Of a stretch of 21,714 bases of DNA, positions 15,166-21,714 are shown piece by piece. Each line of letters starts with the position of its first letter. The first letter of the stretch is position 1. The stretch comes from Ancylonema sp. Its lineage: Eukaryota. The notes under the pieces are model-generated. The model was not told the DNA's origin. It worked only from the letters and a program-made list of their open reading frames with translations, and made no database searches. The stretch lies in NCBI GenBank assembly GCA_050230475.1, contig JBFLGF010000055.1, positions 62,001-83,714 of the forward strand, in the 5' to 3' direction. The translations under genes were made by a program, and so were the position numbers.

Positions 15166-17900
15166 ATGAACTACAGATACAGTCGCGACGAGCCTCCGCT
15201 TCCGCCCCCTCCTGACCGGATCCGTCTTTTGGATTCTGAAATGCCTCGTGTGGCTGTCCGGTCTCGCGAGGACTTCCGCGAGGACCGTGGGGATCGACGG
15301 AGGCTTCGTTCTCGTTCCCGCACTCCCCCTCGCAGAACGGAGAGGATGCGTAGCCCTGAATATGACAGCGACCACAGTCGGGAACGACTACTTGCACCTG
15401 AGCGAGGACCCTCTTTCCGCGAACCTGACCGCCCTCCACTCCGCGGGGCTGATAGGGAGCCATTGCGCCCTTCTGAACGCGACCGGATGCGTGAGGGCGA
15501 CAGGGATAGAGACCGGGATGCGGACCGCCGGCGGGCATTATCACCAATCAGGGATAGGGAATATAGGGAGAGAATACGTGGTCGGGAGTATGAGAGGAGT
15601 GTTCCCAGTGACAGGTATGCAGGGGGCTTCAGCGGAGGCTTCCCTGCCATTTCCAGTTATGGTTCTCGAGGGGCCAGCGGATTTGCCGCGGCGCCCTACG
15701 GTGGCAGCGGGGGGGGGGGTGGCATGCCAGAAGTTTGTTTCGTATGCGGAGGGGTGGGCCACAGCGGGAGGGAGTGCCCAAGCAATCCGGAGGATGTGTC
15801 CAAGTTGCGGGGGGCGGGAAGCCGGATCGGAGGGGCAGCTGGAGTGGTGGGGCTAGATGACCCCGATCTGCCGAAATGCTTCGAGTGCGGAAAGAGGGGC
15901 CATGTGGCCAAGGAGGTAGGGTTTGACATACATGGAAGGGGCGAAGGGGGCTTGAGGTGCGGGGTTTTGTGGTCAGCAAGGGTGGTGGAGCAGGCTGCTG
16001 GTTGAGGGGGGCGGGGGGAGGAAGGTGGCTGTCTTATTATTGCTCAACTGAATCCAGAAGCAGGCATAGGAAACCTCGACAGAAGCTGGGGTGGGGTATG
16101 AAAGGGGCAAGTTGTAGTGTGGAATCTGCTGCGCTGCTGTGGGGGCTGTTGCCAGACAACAGTGAGCAGCGTGTGTGGGGTGTGGCTTGTCCAGTTTTGA
16201 AGGAGGGGAGGGGGGGGGGGGGGGTAAGAAGGAACAGGGGTGGTTGTGTTGCAAGGTCTGTTGTCGGAAAGACAGGAGGGGAGGGGGGGGGGGGGGGGTC
16301 ATGCTGTATGGACAGCATCTTCTGTTGGTCCTGGGTAAGTTCCGAGAGATGCATTGGGCTCTCTACTGTAAACACCTGCATCTCTCTTGGCCACTTTGGT
16401 CCGGCGCTGCTCATTCTGTTGTGCATATGAAATGTCTGAGTGTACATCCACGACTGCACCGACAGACTCAGGGTGTCAGAAAACTCTCATCTTGGCCCAA
16501 CCCAGGACTCTTTGTAACAAACACTTTCGGTGCCCCACTCCCCCTCCCAGTGCCATCTGAAGCAGGCCACGAGCGGTCCCTTTGAGCAGCGGTGCTACAC
16601 CAGCAACAACATAGGCCACATCGCACGAGAAAGCACCAATCCCAAACGAGCCCCGGCAGACATGGGCGGCCGCGCCCCCCCCCCCAGGCCCGGATTCGGG
16701 ACAGAAGCCTGCTACTACTGTGGGAACAGAGGGCACTTCGCCCGGGAATGCCCCCTCAAGATGGCGGGGGCAGTGGGCTTGCCGAGGGGGATGATTGCGG
16801 GTGGGGTGGGAGGAGGGGGGGGGAACGGGGGTGGGGGGCCAATGGTTGATAGATGGCTGGGAGGCATGCCTGGAGGGGGGGGCAGGGGGAGGGGTATGGG
16901 GATAGGGGCAATCGGACTGAGTATTGGGCTATCCGGAGGAGGCATGGGAGGCGCACGAGGGATTGGAGGCCCTGGGGAGCCGTGTTTTGAGTGTGGGCAG
17001 ATGGGGCACTTTGCTCGAGAGGTAGAGGGGGCGGGGGGGGGCTTGGTGCAGGGAGCAGAGCAGGATGTAGAGCAGGTCCAGGCGGCCAGAATCGCGGATT
17101 ACCCTACCCTCGTATCCTGGAGATGGTGAAGTTTGATGCGCTGATAATTGGGACATCGAATCCTGCAGCCTGAGGTGGACTGGCCTTACTCCAACACCTT
17201 ACCCTCGCGTGTGCTTCGGTGCTCTGTGGCAGTGCCCCGTGCGGAGAGCGTCCCGCGCAGCCATCGCAGCAGGGTCAGGGCTGGTAGTGGCTGGGGGGGA
17301 GGGCCGGAGGATCGCTTCTAAGGCGAGCATGGGAAGTGGAAGGGGGGAGGAGGCGAAGCTGGACAATGAGCTGGACAATTACATGAAGGTTGGGGGGAGG
17401 TTCGGGATGGGCTGTGAATGGGAGTAGGGAGAAGCCACATGGAAGTTGGGGTGATGTGGCAACGGTGAGGTGGCGAGTGGTTTTTTGGAGGAGCTGTTGG
17501 TCGGTTGTGGTGGCAGGAGGTCGTGACAGGGTCGGGGTTCAGAGGGCCGAATGAAGACTGGTGTGGCCAGCAGGGGCAGGGGTGGGGGGTTGGCGTAATC
17601 AGTATGGGGTGTGTGGGTGGGCGGCAGGATCGGGCTCGGATCGAAAGAGACACAGAAGATGACTACGAGTACGAACAGCGACGGAGAGAGGATGATGGGG
17701 ATAAGGCACCAGGGAGATCGACGGTGGACGAGCGAAGTGGGCGAGAAGAGGTTGAGATGAATGGAGGAAAGGATGCGGGGGAGGGGGTTGAGGGTAGGAA
17801 GGAAGGGTTTGCAGGAGAGGAGGATGAGATCCAGCGTGGGAGGGATGTGGTGGGTGAAGAAGGGGCGGAAGAGGAGGAGATGCTGAATGTTGAATCTTAG
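15166..17900 (+). CDS. RS/RD-rich, glycine-rich multi-CCHC zinc-knuckle RNA-binding protein, ~549 aa, 4 exons: 15166-15915, 16551-17021, 17233-17388, 17628-17900
   Basis: The N-terminus carries RSRSRTPP/RDRDRD repeats. The knuckles are CFVCGGVGHSGREC, CFECGKRGHVAKE|C, degenerate CYTSNNIGHIARES, CYYCGNRGHFAREC and CFECGQMGHFARE|C. These are followed by LDNELDNYM and an acidic tail. All three introns are phase-0 GT-AG and two complete a knuckle when spliced. The ATG directly follows an acceptor-like CTCTATCGCAG, so an upstream exon is possible. Confidence 0.85.
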
Positions 17901-18182
17901 GGAAGTGAAATGGGATGTGAGTGATGGTGGATGTAAGTAGGTTGCTTATCTAGGCTAGTAGGAGAGAGTCGGAGTTGAGTCTGGATCGAGTGGTGGGTGT
18001 ACCGCAAGAGAATGAATCGGGAAGCTATGTTTACTAGCGATTTCGAGTAACAAAAATATGTATTTCAATTGGGTTTAGTTATGTCTCTATCTTGCTTGTC
18101 AATGATATCAAACTTCGGGTGCGCTGGTGTTGACCCACGAAGCAACTTGTGTATCGACAGTTACACATGTTAGTCGTGTGCA

Positions 18183-18791
18183 TAGCATGGGCCCCAGTCT
18201 CCAGTCCAAGACTGCGCGTCCCCGGGCTGGAGACTGCGCAGTCCAGCAGAATCTAAAAACCACTTTGGACTGGGCAGTCTTCGACTGGGGGGTGGCTGCC
18301 TAGGGAGACTGGATAATTTTGGTGCAGTCCGGACTGGATATTGCACGTGTGAATAAGTCTGGGCGCGTGCCAATTTAGACGGGGTAGACTGGGAATAGAC
18401 TGGGTGTAGACTGGATGCGTGTGAAAATTTTGGAAAAGTTGGAAAAGAAACCTCAAAAAAACTTCGAAATTATACCTCAACAAAAAAAACTTTGTCAGGA
18501 CTTGACAAGTCCCGACAAGACTTGTCACTTGCGATTAGACTGGTCACTCGCGATGTTAGACTGAGTGGAATAGATTTAGAGTGAATACATGTGAAAATGT
18601 ATATAGAACGTGGAAAATCCCTGGCCAGGGCCTATATACCCAACCCGTAATCATTACGGACTGGTAGACTGGTAGACTGGTAGACTGGTGGACTGGATGT
18701 GGACTGGACTTCAGTCTAACTTAGACTGGTCCATCCCTGTAGACTGCGTAGTCTTGAGTCTCCAGGGAACTTAGATGGGGGACCTATGCTA
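18183..18791. mobile_element. Non-autonomous TIR DNA transposon (MITE-like, ~610 bp)
   Basis: Imperfect TIRs: left TAGCATGGGCCCC, right (reverse complement) TAGCATAGGTCCCC. The flanks CGTGTGCA (18175-18182) and TGTGTGCA (18792-18799) form a 7/8 TSD. The interior has many (A/G)GACTGG motifs in both orientations and no credible ORF. Confidence 0.8.
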
Positions 18792-19314
18792 TGTGTGCAA
18801 CAGACTACGTGGACATCTCATGACGACCATGCCCCCAAAAGCAGATGTGGCCCAAGGCGATTGTGTATCGCTCAATCCGGTTACTAGCTATTGCCATGTC
18901 GTTCCACATACTGGAACACTTTGAGACTTTATACATACGCAATGTTGTAATGTTGGTGAAAGCTTGTTTGTTTTATCAGTGAGAAAGTCAGGAATGTTGA
19001 CCACTTCTCGACATCTCACAATTGATATTAGTGTTGGGTAGCAAATTGTTTTATAGAAACTCGAGGACGGAATTGCCTTCAACCACACTGTCCACGATGT
19101 GCAGCTACGTGAACATGTTAAAGTATATGTCATATCAGGCAAACACGTGCAAGTATTCTGTGCCCACGTGACCAGCTTGGAAGATCCGAGCTATCCTTCA
19201 GATAGGGTTTATACAGTGTGAGGAGCTACCCAGTGCAAGCTGCTATCCAGTAAGTTGGGTGTACTACTACAACTAGATTTTAAAAAGCCATTCCACAACT
19301 TGATGACAAGGCAC

Positions 19315-20484
19315 TTACGACAGCTTCACCTCGACGTCCACCCCGGCTGGCAAGTCTAGCTGCATCAATGCATCAATAGTCTGGGCCGTGGGGTTCTCGA
19401 GGTCGATCAGTCGCTTGTGAGTTCTGATTTCGAAGTGCTCCCGGGAGTCTTTGTTAACGTGAGGAGATCGCAGCACACAGTAGATTCTTTTGTGAGTGGG
19501 CAGAGGAACCGGGCCCATCACACCAGAGCCTGTGTTCCGAGCCACTTCCAGAATCTGTTTGCAAGCCTGCTCTAGCTGCGGGTGGAGATAGGCGCGAAGC
19601 TTGATCCGGATTCTTTGTTTAGGAGTCTGCACGAGAAAAGAACGGGAGACAATACGCAGTGTTCATAATGTCTGCGGTCGGCAAACCCGAGAGCAGCCCC
19701 CTAATACAGCTTGCTACTTTCGAGGCAACTTAAAAATAAGTCGCTAGAAAAGGATTCTACGCTGCATCTTGTGATGCTGCGTAGGTTCTACTGCAGGCCT
19801 CCGCATACCTCATTGCGAATGAAGGAGCCACCCTTCAAACTCCATCCTAAGACTTGTTTTGTAAACGTCAGACTATAAAACCAGTACAACCATGCCGTGA
19901 ACATAAGCTTGAGCGGGATTCATATCCAATTCTAGTGGACATGAATCAGCGGTATGTATATGTTATTTGAACTGCTGGTTTTAGAATGTCGCTGGAATTG
20001 GCAAAACCCTTACAGGAGGAGATGCTACCGCTGCTTGCACCACGACCGTGTGCCTCATGGAATATCTGGTGGTTGTTTTAGAATGTCGCTGGAATTGGCA
20101 AAACCCTTACAGGAGGAGATGCTACCGCTGCTTGCACCACGACCGTGTGCCTCATGGAATATCTGGTGGTTAGATGCACATTGCTAGATACGAGGCCACT
20201 CCCGCTCTCCGCCCGCAGCCCGGAAAATGAAGTAGCACGTGGGCATCTCTGCACATGGTAAGGGAAGAGAAGAAGGTAAGAGCGGGTGAGTGGGATCCAT
20301 CAGCCATGATGGAGAGCAGACTTCGGGAAGCGCGGGGAATGGGGAGCAGGGTTTGAGGTTTGGGTCATGCTGCAGTGACAGGGCTCACCGCGAATGAGGC
20401 TGTCGTTTCAGAATGTCGGGACGAGCTGCTTCCTTGAGACAACACTCCAGCCCCACATGCAGACCAGCTTGAAATAGCGGCCAT
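19315..20484 (-). CDS. RPS10: Plastid 30S ribosomal protein S10 precursor (uS10c), ~181 aa, 3 exons: 20484-20389, 20248-20111, 19626-19315
   Basis: The last exon [13 protein letters not shown]...[38 protein letters not shown]...[13 protein letters not shown] is cyanobacterial/plastid-type S10. The upstream exons give the transit peptide [11 protein letters not shown]...[20 protein letters not shown]...[13 protein letters not shown] with phase-0 GTGAGC and GTAAGG donors. Confidence 0.93.
19978..20171. repeat. Perfect 97-bp tandem duplication (19978-20074 and 20075-20171)
   Basis: Two identical copies of GTTTTAGAATGTCGCTGG...GAATATCTGGTGGTT, compared base by base. Confidence 0.95.
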
Positions 20485-20925
20485 GGCAGCAGGATCACGA
20501 GGCAGAACGAGATGTGGCGGTGGACAGGGAAGCAGGAGTGGACCCTAGTGTCGAAGGTGAGCAAGTCGTCTTCGTCACTCGAGAAAGTACAGTTCCAGCT
20601 CCATATACTCGTTATAAATATTCCCGTTATAGACACAGTCGCGTTACAGGAAACAAAGTCGTGTGTGCCTACCCCGCCGAATCGTCTTCGTTATGGGCAC
20701 AGATGGATAAAAGGACGCTACTATGCCTGTCACGATTTATGACGTCATAAAACATGCTGACGTCGACAAGGAACCGGGGAAACAATCGACGCACGGCATC
20801 TACTTCTTATTTTAATGAGAGGGAAGTGTGTATATTGAAAAACGACGGGAACCCCATCTCATTACAAGAACGTGCCTCTGAAGAAACTACATCCTATAAA
20901 ACGAAAAATGTGAGGGCCGATCGTA

Positions 20926-21615
20926 CTAGCCAAAACTAGCAACAATAAGCAACTCCGAAGAAGAAAGGGGAGGGCGCGGTGGGGGGGGGGGTAACAAGGC
21001 CATGGAATGCTCTAGACGTAGGGTCCTAGCATGTTTCGCATGTGCTAGCGACCGCTGCAACGCAATCGACACTCTCTGACGGAACCATGTGCACAACAAG
21101 CTAATGGAGGGCCTGGTGCCTAAAGACTCTCTGGATGCTAAAGTGGCACACTCGACCAAAAACCGATCCGACCTATCAGACAATGCACCATACGTCTCAA
21201 GAACAAAGGGCACGAATATCGTCCCGGCTGCGTGATCCCGATAGTGGGCTTCCTTCCTACGCTCCGCATCTGTGGTAGCGACGAGATCGTGTCTAGCGGC
21301 GCGCTCCACCAAATCGCGACGGGTAGGGTATGCAAGAACAATGTCGACCAAAGTGTGCCCAACCGCAGCATACGAAAGCACAATATCGACACGCCCTCCA
21401 CGCCCCCTAGGAGCCGATGAAGGAAGGAAGTCACTGCGCTCCCGATGTGCGTGCTGGTGCGACTCACGAATGATGTGGTAAACCGCATCGCGCACAGAGT
21501 CATGCGATGAAGTGCGCTCTCTGCCGCGAGCGCAGCGGAGAAGGTGGGTCCCAATCGGATCCAACGGGTGGCCACATGAACACGCCGCATACGTCGCCAG
21601 ATAGGGATGAGAGTG
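20926..21615 (-). mobile_element. 3' fragment of an RLE-type non-LTR retrotransposon (CRE-clade-like): zinc knuckle plus restriction-like endonuclease domain, no RT in window
   Basis: The ORF contains CSCGHPLDPIGTHLLRC, RTSSHDSVRD, GGRVDIV..TLVDIV, RRKEAHY, FVPFVLETYGAL and RQRVSIALQR. This is the order of motifs at the C-terminus of CRE/R2-type elements. Resemblance fades upstream of ~21615, suggesting 5' truncation. Confidence 0.8.
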
Positions 21616-21714
21616 TGTCGTGCTGTATTGCATCGTGTATGTACACACGTGTGAAACCCTCGTTATAACAAGACTCGTTGTACATGTGCGTTGTAATGGG
21701 TGTGAATGCAATGT

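Noticed and set aside
15730..17021. CCHC knuckles as a retrotransposon Gag
   Set aside because: The gene has spliceosomal introns and RS/RGG regions, and there is no protease, RT, integrase or LTR.
19809..19846. Extra rps10 exon bounded by TTAG and GTATGC
   Set aside because: It has a stop in the required phase, and direct joining of 20111 to 19626 already gives a sensible protein.

Overview
Gene-dense nuclear DNA from a green plant, probably a non-seed streptophyte (the lineage is inferred, not proven). The evidence is spliceosomal GT-AG introns and two nuclear genes with plastid transit peptides. I reconstructed six intron-containing genes by hand: (1) a small NCBP2AS2-like protein (+, 596-1288); (2) 1-Cys peroxiredoxin (-, 3040-5101); (3) an ER-type P2A Ca2+-ATPase of the ECA1/2/4 type (+, ~7051-11987); (4) a divergent PRIN2-like plastid protein (-, 13008-14097); (5) an RS/RD-rich multi-CCHC zinc-knuckle protein with a UAP56-binding-like motif (+, 15166-17900); (6) plastid ribosomal protein S10 (-, 19315-20484). 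The ATPase gene carries several apparent lesions: an unresolved start, a frame break in a poly-G run, a GG instead of AG splice acceptor and DDNF>DDDC. The window also holds a ~610-bp non-autonomous TIR transposon (18183-18791), the 3' part of an RLE-type non-LTR retrotransposon (20926-~21615), a perfect 97-bp tandem duplication over an rps10 splice donor, and a 26-bp perfect palindrome between convergent genes. I see no prokaryote-style system, CRISPR array or RNA gene. The most interesting items are the PRIN2 homologue lacking the regulatory Cys, the zinc-knuckle/UBM protein architecture and the unusual splicing signals in the G-run-rich genes. All exon models come from reading the sequence only and need RNA-seq confirmation.
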